Of a stretch of DNA of 64,000 nt, positions 41,767-54,999 are shown in pieces. The position numbers were made by a program, and so were the translations under genes. The notes below the pieces were generated by a model. The model saw nothing but the letters and a program-made list of their open reading frames with translations. It did not search any database and was not told where the DNA came from. This DNA comes from Felis catus (taxonomy: Eukaryota). The stretch is taken from the NCBI RefSeq assembly GCF_018350175.1, contig NC_058368.1, forward strand, positions 90,026,001 to 90,090,000, written 5' to 3'. How positions within the stretch are numbered: position 1 is the stretch's first letter; the number at the start of each line of letters is the position of its first letter.

Positions 41767-43003
41767 AATGGGGTGATCACTCTATACCCCTGGCCATCAG
41801 CACTTCTCAGAGTGTGCCCCATCTTCTGCCTGTATCTGTGTCACCTGGGGCTCTTGTGACACATACAGACTGGGGGACATCTCAACCCCCCAAACCCAAG
41901 TCTCAATGGGGGTCTTGGGGTACCGCCTCTCCTCAAGTTCCAGGTGATGCCTCTGCACAGGGACATTTGACAGCCTGGACAAGTGAGGTCTCCGGTGTGG
42001 CAAGTGCCAGGAGCACTTGGAGGAGACAGTACGTTTATGCCATTAGTCCCCCCAAGAACCCTGCGGGCCCGTTACATTGCAACTGTGCCCCGAGCTTGGA
42101 GGCTGAAGACCCTCAGGAGGTGTTTCACAGGCCTGCAGATTTAGGCTGCCTCCGGGACCCTGTAAGGGCTCCTCTGAACCACAGTGCACGCCTGTGGGAC
42201 ACTGGGTGCCCCTAGTGGCCACCCAGGCTGGCGGAAGTGCTGCCTGCAGGCGACTCTAGCAGAAGAGGAAGGGCGAGCATGTGACCCTTACGTGGCACCT
42301 GAGGGAACCTGAGGGTTCCCAGACAGGGGACATGTTGCAGGCAAGCGTTGCACCCTGCACTGAGTCTCGCCTACCTCCGAGCTGGGTGGACAGCTCTGTG
42401 CATGTGCCAGGAGGGGCCCACCTCACGCTCTGCTTTTCAGCCTCAGAAATTTTGCTTCAGATGCGAAGTCTGCTCAGCCTTCATGCAAGAGCCACCAGGA
42501 AGTCAGGAGACACAGACAAGCCTCTGCCCAGCGGGAGAAGTGAAGACGTTTCCTACGCAGCTCCCTGAAGCTTGGGCCTGTGACACCTATGATGGGAACC
42601 ATCCTAATAATGCACCCTGTGTGGGCTGTCCCCCCTCCCCCTTTAGCCCTCTCTGTCCTCCCTGGCTCCCCACCCACATAAACCACCTGCACTAACGTCT
42701 CAGGCTCTGCTTCCCAGGGGACCCCACCTGTAATGCCTGCCCTTGTCCTCAGACCAGCCCTGTTTGGAGCCTTGTGCTGGAGGACCCAGCAGGGGATCAA
42801 ACCCACACGTGTCCCCCCAACACATGCATGCCAGACACGAGCCACACACACAGACACACACCACACACGTGCACCATGTACATACATGGAACACACAGCA
42901 CAAGTGCACACACATATGTGCACACTCTCTCTCTCGGGTCCCCACCCAGTGGGAATTGGTGGGTAGTCAGGGCCCTGGTCTATAAACAATAATCGAATGT
43001 GAC

Positions 43004-43848
43004 TGTTTCAGTTCAGTCAGGCCTCTGTGGCAAAGTACCACGGGCTGGGTGGCTTATAAACAGCAGAAACTTCTCTTTCACAGTCCTGGAGGCTGGAGGT
43101 CCAAGATCAGGGTGTGGGTATCACTGAGGTCTGGTGGGAGCCTGCTTCTTGGTTCATAGATGGTCATCTTTTTCCTGTGCCCTCACAAGGCAGAGGGACA
43201 AGGGAAATCTTTGGGGTCTTTCTCTCTCTCTCTCTCTTTTTTTTAAATATTTATTTATTTATTTTTGAGAGAGCACAAGCAGGGGAGGGGCAGAGAGAGG
43301 GGGACAGAGGATCTGAAGCAGGCTCCGTGCTGATAGCAGTGAGCCCGATGTGGGGCTTGAACTCAAAACTGTGAGATCATGACCTGAGCTGAAGTCATGA
43401 CCTGAGTCAAAGTTGGATGCTCAACCAACTGAACCACCCAGGTGCCCCAGGGTCTCTTTTATAAAGGCAGGAATCCCATTCATGAGGGTTCACCTTCTTT
43501 TTTTTTTTTTAATGTGTATTTGTTTTTTAGAGATACAGAGACAGAGTATGAGCAAAGGAGGGAGACGGGTAGAGAGAGAGGGAGACACAGAATCTGAAGC
43601 AGGCTCCAGGCTCTGAGCTGTTAGCACAGATCCCGACATGGGGCTTGAACTCACAAACTATAAGATCATGACCTGAGCTGAAGTTAGACGCTTAACCAAC
43701 TGAGCCACTCAAGCACCCCATGAGGGTTCATCTTCTTGACTTAGTAACCTCCCTAAGGCCCACCTCTTTGTAACACCATGACTTTGGTGTTTAGGATTTC
43801 AACATGTAAATTTGCTGGGGGTGGGAGGACACATTCAGTCCCTAACAG
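43004..43848. mobile_element. MaLR (MLT1-type) solo LTR with two SINE insertions (43220-43448, 43497-43719, minus)
   Basis: gtaccacgggctgggtggcttataaacagcagaaa..ggaggctggaggtccaagatc..ggacacattcagtccctaaca; TSD catgagggttca(c/t)cttct around the second SINE. Confidence 0.78.
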
Positions 43849-46800
43849 TGCCCCCTACTAGTGGCTGCCAATATGATGACTTTTTCCTGGAGCTTTGCTC
43901 TTATAGTAAATTTGAAGAATTTTTCCCAGACCCAAGAACAGATGAGTTACGAGTTAGTTACACTAATAAACACACGGGCCAGGGCCCAGAGTTCTGTCCT
44001 CACCATTCTCTGAGGTTATTGGTGACACTGCTCAGCAGTCCCTCTTGGTGTCAGGCTCCTCCCTGAGTCACCTGCTCTGGCTGAGCCAAGAGTTGGGGCA
44101 GACAGGTCTCCCAGGGTCCAGGGGCTGAGTGTCTGCAGCGACTGGAACCCTGGTGTCTCCTTCTGTCACCCATGACAGCCACACCAGGCCCTGAAACCCT
44201 AAATCTGGCCGCCTCCAGGCGTCCTCCAAATGCCACCCTGGCCCCACAGTCTCAGAAGGCCCCCTGTCCACTCTGGCTAGGCTCCAGGCGCCTCTGTCAC
44301 CCCTCACACATCCTTGTCATCTTTCCATCACCCAGTGGCTTCTCCCACAGCAATAACTCTCAGGACTCCCCCAGCCTCCTTCCCCTGCCCACCACCCCCT
44401 CCCTCTCACCCACCCTCAGTACAGCAGCTCCAGGGGCAGCCTCCTCAGGGGACAAGGAGCCCAGCCCTGCCATCCCAGTGCTGGCCTAGTGGAGCAAACT
44501 CAGGTGGCTTCAGAGTCGCTTGTGTGTGACAGGTACCATCTGGGCCACGGGGTGCCAGAAAGGGCTCATGGGTGCCAGGACCAGTACACCTGGGGACAGC
44601 ACATCGCCTCCCCTGGGCCAGAATCCCAGCTTCTCATGCCCCAGAAGGTCCCGACCTGCCTTGCCTCCTTCCACCTGGGCTCCTGCTGTGTCCACCACCC
44701 TCTTCTCCCATCCAGGCACCCAGCCTCTTTCCTTCCTCACAAAGGTGAGAAGCATGTACTGTCCACAGGGCCTTTGCTTCTGCTATCCCCTCTACCCGGG
44801 ACGCTCCTCCCACAGACTTTGTGGGGCTGGCTCCTTATTCAGGTCTCAACCCAAACGCTACATGCCCTGGGCAGAGGGGTCCTTCCCTGAGCCTCCCCTC
44901 CAAAATAGTCCCAGCCCCACTCCACCACCTGACGCTGTACTAATTAATGTATGGCACTTAAGCGCTCTTTGAAAAGATTGCTTTTGTTATTCTTTTGTTT
45001 GTATGGTTAGTTTTCAGTGTCTCCTCTCTAAACTGTGGGCTCTGAGGGGGCAGGGCTCTCTGTGGCACACACAGGGCTTCAGGTAGTATTCACTGGATAT
45101 CTCAGGGGGGGTGGGGGGCAGGTAAGCTGAGCTGACAGCTCACAGGAGGCTACCCCTGCATCCCGGACCCCACACTCTGGGGAGCAGGAAGGTAGGTGGG
45201 GCGGGGCAGGGTAAGGGGCCTTGCTGGACAGTGTGTTCTCAGAGGAGTTAGGAGGGGGCTGGGGAAACCTGGTACCAACACTGGGCCAGACCTCTCCCGG
45301 GCCCGGATACACACCAGCAGCCAGTACTACCCTGGGCCAGAACTCCATGCTGGCCTCAAGACTCGGTCCAAGGGACTGCTGGGCACCAACGACCTGACCT
45401 CTTGTGCAGTGGGAGGGGACACGGCCACCTCCTCTCATCACAGGGCAGAGCCCCGCCCACTCACCCACTTGGGACATGAACTGCGGCCACAAAAAAGTTT
45501 GCTTTCGGGTTTCAGCTGCTCTCCCAGGCCCTGTCCCCTGACTCCCAGCACCCCACCCCTCACTCAGCGGGACAATCATGCATCAGTGACCCCCAGGCTT
45601 TTGCTCAAAGAGACAGGACAGGGTAGGGAGAGACTGCCCTGCTTCTCTGCAACTACAGTCAGTTAGAGGGTCCCTCATGGCTGCTCTGGCCCCTGCATGT
45701 CACAGGTGAGTGGGCCAGCTCTTACAAGTTCCCTCCTGCAACCTTCTCTTCCTAGACCCCCAGCATGCCTCTGGGTAACACACCTGAGGGCCAGGGCTGT
45801 GGGGTGGGAATTGGAGCAAACACACCAGCCTAAGGATTGGCCCCAGCACCTGCCATCGTCCCCAGCCTGCCTCTGTCTCCCCTTGCCTCTTCACCCCAGC
45901 CTGACCCTTGACATTGGTCTTGGGCATCAGCCTCACTGGGGTCAGCCTCTGGCCTGGTCTTGTCCCAAGGCCCTGTTGCCTCCCTGCCAGTCCAACCAAG
46001 CCACAACCCTGGGGTGCCTGCACCCCAGGCAGGCACCTGCTCACTCCAGGCCTCAGTTTCCCCAACTATGCAAGCCACAGGCTGGACTCTGTTGTTTTCA
46101 CTTGTCCAGCATTCTGGAAACAGCCCTCAAGACACGCTTGGAGCAGACAGAGCCCTACTCCATCCATTCTCAGGGTTGACACAGACCTAAATTCACCCCA
46201 GCTCCAGGGAGGCAACACCCAGGCCTGTGATCCTCACTGTCCAGGTCTCTGGAAATGGCCTGAGCCAGGCTCCTCTGAGCCTGTGTGTGGCAGCCCGGGC
46301 TCTCACCAGAACTATCAGGCAGGTATGCTCTTTCTGAGGGTGTCAACCCAAGGCTGCTGAGGGCCATTCTGCTACAGCGGGTCTAAGAGATGGGAGAGGT
46401 AGATTCCTATTCATATTGTTTCAGCACCTGGATCTAGCTATTCCTGAAAGCAGCATGCCCTGGCTTAAAAAAAAAAATGCTTCATGAGCCAATAAATTAT
46501 TTTTGCTTGAGCTGTTTGGGTTGGGTTTGCTGCCACATCTCATTGGTCAGGTTACAACTGATACAGAGGACTGCTGTCCTGACGTCTATGTTGGAATAAA
46601 CCAGGAAGCTTTCAACGTCCACTTGGAGCCAGTTGAGGAAGTTCACCAGATCCTCTTCAGGTTCTCTCCACCATTCTAAAAGTGAAATAGCACACCATTT
46701 TCTTTCTAGCACCCAGCGTCCTCAGAGTGGTGACCTACCCTCCCTGTCGGCCAGTTCTTGGGCCTGCCGTCCCTCTCCCACGGAGGGCAGTCGGGGGATT

Positions 46801-47099
46801 ACATGCAGTCTTCCCCACCCCCTTGATGCCCACTCTGTGCCCACATGACTCAGGGACACAAACCACAGTTGAGTGGCCATGGAAGAAGGAGGAGAGGCCA
46901 GAGGAGTGGCCAGAGCCCAACAATGAGGAAAGGGGGTAAACCAAGGTCTTAGGGTACCAGAGCTTTGCCAGGTGAGGAAGTCAGTGAGGGGCAGTTCGGG
47001 TGCAGAGTCCAGCAGGAGCCACGCTCGGGGGAGCAGCGAATGATGCTCATAGTGGGTCTTGGCCACAGGGGTGGGAGGTGAGCAGCAAAGGAGGGCCCT

Positions 47100-47960
47100 G
47101 AACGCAGGGCTAGACGCTCGGCCTTGACCCTGAGGCTTGGAGCAGAGGAGAGGCGCGTGGGCAGGGCGGCCCGCGGAACCGGAGGCCCCAGGAGAGGAGC
47201 TGCAAGGGCGCTGCTTGGCCAGGGCGCCCGCAGCCCCACCCCGCGGCCCGCGCGGCCCGCACTTCCCCGTGTGGCCGCGAGGGGGCGCCGCGCCGCGCTG
47301 CTCCGGGGCCGGCCGTGAGCGCACGGCGGGCTGCGCTTGGGAGCCGCGCTGACAGCGGGCGACGGGCAGCGCCCCGGGTCCGAGGCGCCGCGGCTCGCAG
47401 CGAGAGCGACGGGCGCTGCCCATGGGCCGGGCCCGGGGTCCTAGCGCGCCGGGAGCCGGTGAGTGGGGGCGCGGCCGGGCGGAACACGAGCGCTGCGGGC
47501 AAGGGCGCGGGGCTGCGGGCGCTGGGGAGGGGCTGCGGGCGGCGGCGGGGCGCGGGTGCCGAGGCGGGAGGTGCGGGGCGGCGAACGGGCGGGGACCGCG
47601 GGCGTCCGGGCCGCGGCGCGGGGACGCGCGGGCCTGACCCGGAGCACAGGTGCGCGCGCGGGTGACAGTGCGCGTGGCCGGCCGGTTGGCGGGCCCTGGA
47701 GACGTGGCGCGCGGGAGTGTGCGGCCGGAGCGGCGGAGGGGGGGGGGGACGGCGGGAGGGGGCTGCAGGGTGCGTGCGCCAGGGCGGCGGCGGGGAGGCC
47801 ACCGGCGGAGGGCACACCCCCCGGCCGCCCGCCGGGGCGAGAGACTGGCTCTGCTGCACGCCCCCCGCCACTCACTCGGGGTGAGCAGCCACCTCCTGCC
47901 GCCACCGGAGTGGCAGAAAAAGCCAGCCTGGACCCAAGGCCTCCACCCCGCGCCGGACCT
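47100..47960. promoter_or_regulatory. CpG island; probable promoter/non-coding first exon of the downstream gene (RASGEF1C by recalled mammalian synteny, + strand)
   Basis: very high GC and CpG density, GC boxes, candidate + strand donors ccg/GTGAGT (47459) and cag/GTGCGC (47650); gene identity is inference only. Confidence 0.8.
47272..47289 (+). promoter_or_regulatory. CTCF-like motif in the CpG island
   Basis: TGGCCGCGAGGGGGCGCC versus consensus TGGCCACCAGGGGGCGCT. Confidence 0.45.
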
Positions 47961-50814
47961 CAGTTTCCCGGTCTATGAAATGGGAACAGCTGACCTGCCG
48001 GTTGCTTGTGAATGAGAGAAAGAGGGTGTTGTCTCTGAAGCTGGGATCGGATTGAGGAAAGGATCAATGCTACGATCAGAGAGCCTGCAGGGACAGTGGA
48101 GTCAGCTTGGGATTCTGAGTGGTGCCTCACACGGTGGCAGCGGACAGGGTCAGGGGACCCCTAGTCCACTCCTCTCTGTGTTCAGGTAGGGAAAGGCAGG
48201 CCTGGAGGGGAGGTGGTGAGGTGTGCTCCCTGTCCCATGCTCTGCTCTGTATAGGGGGCAGTGTGGAGAGAGCAGACTTGGCAGCTTGGGGTCGTGGTGG
48301 AGGGGCTCACCCCAGCCTCTTCCCTCCTGCCTCCTGGGCCCCTGAGGCAAATGACCTGCTGGGCTTCAGTAGCCCAAGAAGCACCCTGGGGAGGCTTACC
48401 TGCGGGCAACAGCTATGTCCTCATCTTACCAAGGAAATAACTAAGGTTTAGGGAGGTGACAGGACTTATTCAAGGTCACAGGACTAAGAATTGACAAAGC
48501 TGGCTTTCCAACCACGGAAGCCAAACTCCAGCCGTTATGCCCGGCGACCGGAGTGAGGTTGTCCACTCCCTCACCCAGGGCATTCACTGAACCCCTATTG
48601 TGTGCTATCTGCTCCCAGCCCCAGTAAGTGCTTAGGGAAGCTGAACGGGTAATTGAAGACTGAGGTCATGGCCGAGGATACCTGCTAGGAAGAAAACAAA
48701 ACAGAGTTATTGCAGAGAGAGAGACTGGGGTGGGGGCTGAGACTTAGCCTGGTAAGGGGAGGATCAGGAAGAGTCCCTGAGAAGTGACCACTAGCTGTGA
48801 TGCAGTTACAAGGTGGGAGCCCACTGAAAAGTTCTGGGGGAACAGCAGATGGGAGGCCCCTGAGGCAGACACAGGTGGTGGGTGGAAGGAGCTGGAACAG
48901 AGCTGTGAAGTTTGGGTTTTTCTCTGGGTGCGATGCACAGTGCCGGTGGGAGGGGGGAAGGGGAGAGGGGAGAGATTACAGTTTGTGTACTGCAAGATGC
49001 CCCCCCACCCCAAGTGGGTAGAGAGGACTTGGGGAAGGATAGGGAGCAAGCAAGGAGTCCACCAAGGATTTTCGAGGAGGAGCGAACCAACCCAATGTGG
49101 AGTCACCCTCACTCCAGTGGGGCTGCAGCCACGTGGAGGCTTCCTCCCTCCTCACAGGGCAAGGAGGGCATGAGTATGGAGGGGCTTTCTGCAAGTGGTG
49201 GGGTTGCCAGCGGTAGTGGCCAGAGGAGCCTGGTTTGGGCTCAAGCAACTGCCCCACTCCTGGCATGTCCCCAGCGGGCCCCCGCTGCTCTCAGACCTCC
49301 CCATGGAAGCAGGGCACCTGCCGGAGTTCAAAAAGATAAGACAGGGTGCTGCTGGATACTTGGGCTGGGTGTTCAGGCTGGTCTCTCTGCGTCCTTTTGA
49401 CATGTCCCCAGAGGTCTTTGCACATTGTTCCAGCTCTCATTTGTATTTTGACCCAGACCTAGAGTCAGCCACTTCTCCAAGAAGGCTCCGTGCCTCTGAG
49501 TGGGGGGTGGGCTTCAGAAACTAGTATCTGGACTTTCAATGTGCTCAGAGTGCTTGGCGTCATTGTCTCTAGGCCTTCTCAGTGCACCGAGGCAAGAAAT
49601 CAGGTTTTTGTTTTTTAACTAAAAATTTGTATTTTCATCTTCATCCCACAGTAAGAACCTGGTTCTCCCCAAACATCAACATAGGTAATCATTTGCTTAG
49701 TCTTAGAATATATCCCAAAGAGTTTTAGAGTCACTACATCCAAACCACTGCTTACCAAAACCTACCAGGTCAAGTTCAGGATGTCTTTGGGTGTGTAGTC
49801 GGCCCTATGTGAGCTTGTTATCAGTTTGTTTATACCAATAGCTTCAGCTATTTCTGTTTGCATGATATTTGGGGTTTTTTTTTCCTTTTTAGTGTTTATG
49901 ATATAATTTTATTTTTTGAGTACGTAAAACATTTACATGGTTCAATGCCAAAATTTCAAAAAAAAAAAGCTATACCAAGAAGTCTGAATCCGGTCCCTGA
50001 TTCTTCCTCCTTGTTCCTACACTGGGTGTAACCACTTAAAACCACTTCTGGTTTATTCGTCCATTTATGCGTTATCACAAAATTAACATATCCATCTCTT
50101 TTGCACCTTGCTTTTTGCAATTAAAAATGTCTCCTTACCAATTAATAGAGACTTTCCTCTTGGTTTTGTACAAGGACCTACTCTACGGAGTGGCTGTATC
50201 ATACTTACTCAGCTTGTGCCTTGCAGAGGGACATTTGGTTTGTTCCAGGCCTTTGTTATTACAATCAGTAGGTTAAGGATAGCCTCACATACATGTTGTT
50301 TCCATTTGTGAAGGTGTATCTTTAATTCCTAGGAATAAATATGTATTTGTTTTGTTAGCTACTCCCAAATTCCCCTTTCCCAGCAGTGAATGGTTGTGTC
50401 TGTTTCCCCTGCAACCTCTCTCAGAGCCAGGAAATAGTATTTCAGTGTGTTTTAATTTACCTTTCTATTATGAATGCAACTGGACATCTTTGTATACGAT
50501 TTCAAGTCACTTAACTATCTTTTTCTGTCAATTGCCTGTCTATTTTGCCCGCTTCCTATTGGATTTTTGGTCCTTTTTCCCCCTTGGATTGAAGTTTGTT
50601 TAAATACATAGATTAGTGCTTTATCTATTATTATTTTTTTTTGCAAGTGTTGCTCCCAGGTTTTTAAAAATTTTGTTTATGGCAGGTTTTGCCAGTAAAA
50701 GCTTTCTATTTTCACATAGTTGATTTAATTATTGTTTTATTGCATCTAGATTTTAAATCCTAGTTAGAAAGACTGTTCTTATATCTGTTTGTATGGAATC
50801 TACCCATGTTGGGG

Positions 50815-51021
50815 TTTTTTTTAAGTTTTTTTATTTTGAGAGAGAGAGAGAGAGTGAGCAGGGGAGGGGCAAAGAGAGAGAGGGAGAGAGAGAATCCCAC
50901 GTAGGCTCTGAACTGTCAACACAAAGCCCCATGCGGGGCTTGAACTTGTGAGCCCTGAGATCATGACCTGAGCTTAAATCAAGAGTTGGATGCTTAACTG
51001 ACTGAGCCATCCAGGCGCCCC
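50815..51021 (-). mobile_element. CAN-SINE
   Basis: typical reverse-complement body. Confidence 0.9.
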
Positions 51022-51559
51022 TACGTGTGTTTTCTAATGCTTGTTTGGTTCATGGATCCAATTGAATCTTCTTCCAAATGTCTGTCTCTCTATCCCAGCA
51101 CTATGTGTTGAAGAGGCTGTCTTTTCCCCAGTGATCTGAAATGCACCCGTGTCATATAATAAACACCCAAATGCATTGGACCTAATTCTGGGCTTTCCAG
51201 TCTGTCTCACTAGCTCTTCTCTTCATGTGCTGGTCCCCCATGGTGGGCATTGTAAAGGCGTCATTATGTTGCTCGTGTGTGTGCAAACGGCAAGGAAGGG
51301 CTTCATCCACAATTGTTGCAATAGGAGGGAGAGATTGAACTCAACTGCCATTACTGTGTTTGAATATCTGGTAGAGTTAGACCTCCTCTGTCTGCTTCTG
51401 TGTCAGGGCATCCTAGCTATTCCTGCGTGTGGTCACTATCTTTTGTTGGGATATCACATTTACAGACAAACTTCAGGGTAATTGACACCGTTATCAAGTT
51501 GAGCCATCTTATCCAAAACCAAGGAACATCTTTCTGTGTGTTCAAGACTACTTAGTCTT

Positions 51560-51775
51560 GGGGCGCCTGGGTGGCTCAGTCGGTTGAGCGTCTGACTTGG
51601 GCTCAGGTCATCATCTCACAGTTCGTGAGTTCATGCCCCGCATCAGGCTCTGTGCTGACAGCTCAGAACCTGGAGCGTGCTTCTGATTCTGTGTCTCCCT
51701 CTCTCTCTACCCCTCCCCAACTTGTGCTCTCTCAAAAATGAATAAACATTTAAAAAAAATTTTTTTAATAAAAAA
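51560..51775 (+). mobile_element. CAN-SINE
   Basis: ggggcgcctgggtggctcag head; ttagtctt on both flanks. Confidence 0.9.
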
Positions 51776-52129
51776 ATACTATTTAGTCTTATTTGTTCAA
51801 GACCACTTTCAGGAGCATTTTGAAGTTTTCCTCACGTTTTTATTAAGTTTATTCATGAGGATGTGGCTTTGTTTGTTGTTATTATAATTTTTTTCTTCCA
51901 TCCTGTCTAGAATGGGTCAGTGTGTGTATGTGTGTGTATGTGTGCTGTTTTGTGTACACCTACCTCACTGAATTTATTTTGTTATTAGTTTCAGCATTAA
52001 TCCTTTTAGAGAGTTTAGGGATTCTATCATCTGAAACTTGAAATAGTTTGACTTCTTCTTTACTGATTTTTATGCATCTACTTGCTTTCTCTTATCTAAT
52101 TAAATTGGCTAAATACCTCCCATTCAATA

Positions 52130-52580
52130 TTTTTTTTATTTTTTTTAAGTTTTTATTTATTGGGGCACCTGGGTGGCTCAGTCGGTTAAGCCTATGACTT
52201 CAGCTCAGGTCATGATCTTGTGGCTCATGAGTTCGACCCCGAGTCAGGCTCTGTGCTGACAGCTCGGAGCCTGGAGCCTGCTTCGGATCCCGTGTCTCCC
52301 TCTCTCTCTGCCCCTCCCCCACTCACACTCTGTCTCTCTCTCAAAAATAAACATTTAAAAAAACTTTTTAAAAACATGTTAAGTTTTTATTAATTGAGAG
52401 AGAGGGAGGGAGAGAGCACAAGTGGGGGAGGGGCAGAGACAGAAGGAGAGAGAAAATCCCAAGCAGGCTCCACACTGTCAGCACAGAGCCCCATGTGGGG
52501 CTTGAGCTCCAGAACTGAGAGATCATGACCTGAGTCGAAATCAGAAGTTGAACATTCAACTGACTGAGCCACCTGACACC
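52130..52580. mobile_element. Tail-to-tail inverted CAN-SINE pair (plus copy inserted in the tail of a minus copy)
   Basis: inner TSD taagtttttatt(t/a)att, outer TSD tccc(a/g)tt(c/t)aatatt. Confidence 0.88.
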
Positions 52581-53199
52581 CTTCCCGTTTAATATTAAAT
52601 ATTAGGTATAATGGGCCTCCTTCCCTTGTTCCTGAGGTTAGTAAAAAATGTCTCTAGTACTTCTCCTGTTACAGGAGATGCTGACTTTAGCCCCCCCCCC
52701 CCCCAAAATAAAACAAACACCAGCCAGGATGTTACATGGAAGGTGATGGATGATACACATCCATCCTTTGGCCACATGTGTTAACATGTTGTATTGTGTT
52801 GGTTGATCCCTAGCCTATTCTAGTGTTAGTTTTCTTCATTTATTGTATAAATTGTCAAATAGGTAATTTAAAAATTTCTGTAATAGGGGCTTTCTATCTT
52901 GTAAATTATTGTTACCTAAAGTCAATCCAGATTTTGTGGTTTTTACACTGTTCAACACAAAAGTGAATAACATTCTGCCTTGCATGTCAAAAAAAAAAAA
53001 AGAGAGAGAGAAAGAGAGAGAGAGGTACTGACTTTAGAACAGAGATAGGGGGATGTATGTATGTATATGTGGGGGTACACATTAATTCCTATTTTATTGG
53101 GTGGTTTCTTAAAATCAAGAATGAATATTGATTTTCATTGAAGACCTATATGGAGATAATTATATGATATTTCTCCTAGTACTGTTAATAAGATGAATC

Positions 53200-53436
53200 T
53201 TTTATTTTTATTTTTTTATTTTTTTAATGTTTTATTTATTTTTGAGAGAGAAAGAGAATGCATGCAAGCAGGGGAGGGGCAGAGAGAGAGGGAGACACAG
53301 AATCTGAAGCTGGCTCCAGACTCTGAGCTGTCAGCACAGAGCCCAACGCAGAGCTCAAACAAACCCATGAATCGCAAGATCATGACCTGAGCCGAAGTCG
53401 GATGCTTCACCGACTGAGCCACCCAGATGCCCCCCA
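53200..53436 (-). mobile_element. CAN-SINE abutting the U6 retrocopy
   Basis: head begins immediately after the U6 A tail on the minus strand. Confidence 0.92.
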
Positions 53437-53445
53437 CCTTTTTTT

Positions 53446-53549
53446 AAATACAGAAGGCTTCATAAACTTACCTGTCTTCTTGTGCAGGGGCCATACTAAT
53501 CTTCTCTATATTGTTCCAACTTTAGTATATGTGCTGCCAAGACAAGCAC
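53446..53549 (-). pseudogene. U6 snRNA retropseudogene, near full length
   Basis: reverse complement GTGCTTGTCTTGGCAGCACATATACTAAAGTTGGAACAATATAGAGAAGATTAGTATGGCCCCTGCACAAG... aligns to U6; ACAGAGA box mutated to ATAGAGA; short A tail. Confidence 0.93.
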
Positions 53550-53711
53550 GATAAGATTAATCATACTAATGGATTTCCTGATACGAGCTCCAGGATGAGA
53601 GGATAAGGCAAACAATAAGACACAAAATTTATTAAATATGAATATTAAGCCATCCTTGCCTTCCTGAAATGGAAGCCACTTGGGCATGATATATTATGTT
53701 TCAATATGATT

Positions 53712-53980
53712 GTGTTAGCCATCTGGATGTGAGGTCCAGGCGTGGCTTTGCTGGGTTCGTACTGGTGTCGGCAGGACTAATCCTCATCTAGAGGCTGAGG
53801 TAGGAATAGATCTGCTCTTCTACCTATGTGGTTGCCAGCAACACTCACCTTTTTTTAGTTGCAGGACGAGAGCTTATTGCCATATTCTGTTGGTTAGAGG
53901 AAAGTCAATGGTTCCATCCACACTCCAGGGCGTGAACTCCAGGAGATAGGGATGGCAGGTGCTTTAGTCCATCCAGCACA
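53712..53980. mobile_element. MLT1-like LTR fragment
   Basis: attctgttggttagaggaaagtca..ccacactccagggcgtgaactccaggag motifs. Confidence 0.45.
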
Positions 53981-54767
53981 ATGGTGTTAGATTTGGTTTG
54001 CTGATCGTTATTTTTACTAGTTTTCCTAGTCATTCCTTCGTTTGATAAAGTGTAGCTTCTGGCAGGTTTTTCAAGAAGGACTCATGAGTATGACATTCCC
54101 TGATTCATTTCATGTTGACATTGTTTTCTGTCCTCTTGATACCTGAAGGATAGTTTGGCTGGTTATAAAATCCTAGCTCACACTTGCTTTCTTTGAATTC
54201 ATTATAACGTTGCTCTGGGTTGTATTGCTTACATGCAGTTGTCAAGAAGTCTGATGTAAACACACTTTTCTTCCTTTTATGAGTCACTTGATCATTTTTC
54301 CTGGAGCTCCAGAAGATTGTTTTTTTCTTTACCTTTAAAGTCTGACCATTTTACTAAGAAATATCTTGTAGTTGCCCATTCAGTATCGATTTTCTCAAGT
54401 GCACTGGGCAAGGGGTGGGGGGAAGTTGACTATGCAGATTCAAGTCTGCTTTTATTTCCAGAAAGATTTCTTGGAAAATCATTATGCTGCTAATTATGTT
54501 GTTTTTCTTCCAATGCTATGTCTATACACTAGATCTTTTTTGCCCATCTTCTGTATCTATCACTTTCTATATAATCCTCTTTGCTACTGTTTTTATTTCA
54601 TTTTGGTTTTATGGTTGTTTTCATTCATTTCCTCAATGAACTTTATTAAAATTTCAGTCAAATCTACTCTCCCTAAAAGAGCGTCTAGTTTAGTGTTCAT
54701 TTCTGAGATGATGTTGTGTTTTTCATTTTCTCTCCTGAGTTTGGGAATTCTAGTTTTGTGTGTACCT

Positions 54768-54999
54768 TTTTTTTTTTTATTTTTTTATTTTTTTTTCAAC
54801 GTTTATTTATTTTTGGGACAGAGAGAGACAGAGCATGAACGAGGAAGGGGCAGAGAGAGAGGGAGACACAGAATCGGAAACAGGCTCCAGGCTCTGAGCC
54901 ATCAGCCCAGAGCCCGACGCGGGTCTCGAACTCACGGACCGCGAGATCATGACCTGGCTGAAGTCGGACGCTTAACCGACTGCGCCACCCAGGCGCCCC
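54768..54999 (-). mobile_element. Young CAN-SINE
   Basis: CpG-rich body, TSD tgtgtgtacctttttt. Confidence 0.95.

Noticed and set aside
42205..42222. CTCF motif gtgcccctagtggcca
   Set aside because: One G short in the core spacing on the minus strand
40595..46360. Numerous 100-180 aa ORFs in the GC-rich intergenic region
   Set aside because: Overlapping frames on both strands with no recognisable homology, partly LTR- or SINE-derived
46420..46440. REST/RE1 site ttcagcacctggatc upstream of the CpG island
   Set aside because: Only the left half-site matches and it lies in MLT1-like sequence
46722..48015. Overlapping Arg/Gly/Pro/Ala-rich ORFs up to 253 aa on both strands
   Set aside because: Expected from stop-codon scarcity in a CpG island; no recognisable protein
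53446..53549. Functional U6 gene
   Set aside because: Multiple substitutions including the ACAGAGA box, plus an A tail and TSD; no evident PSE/TATA upstream
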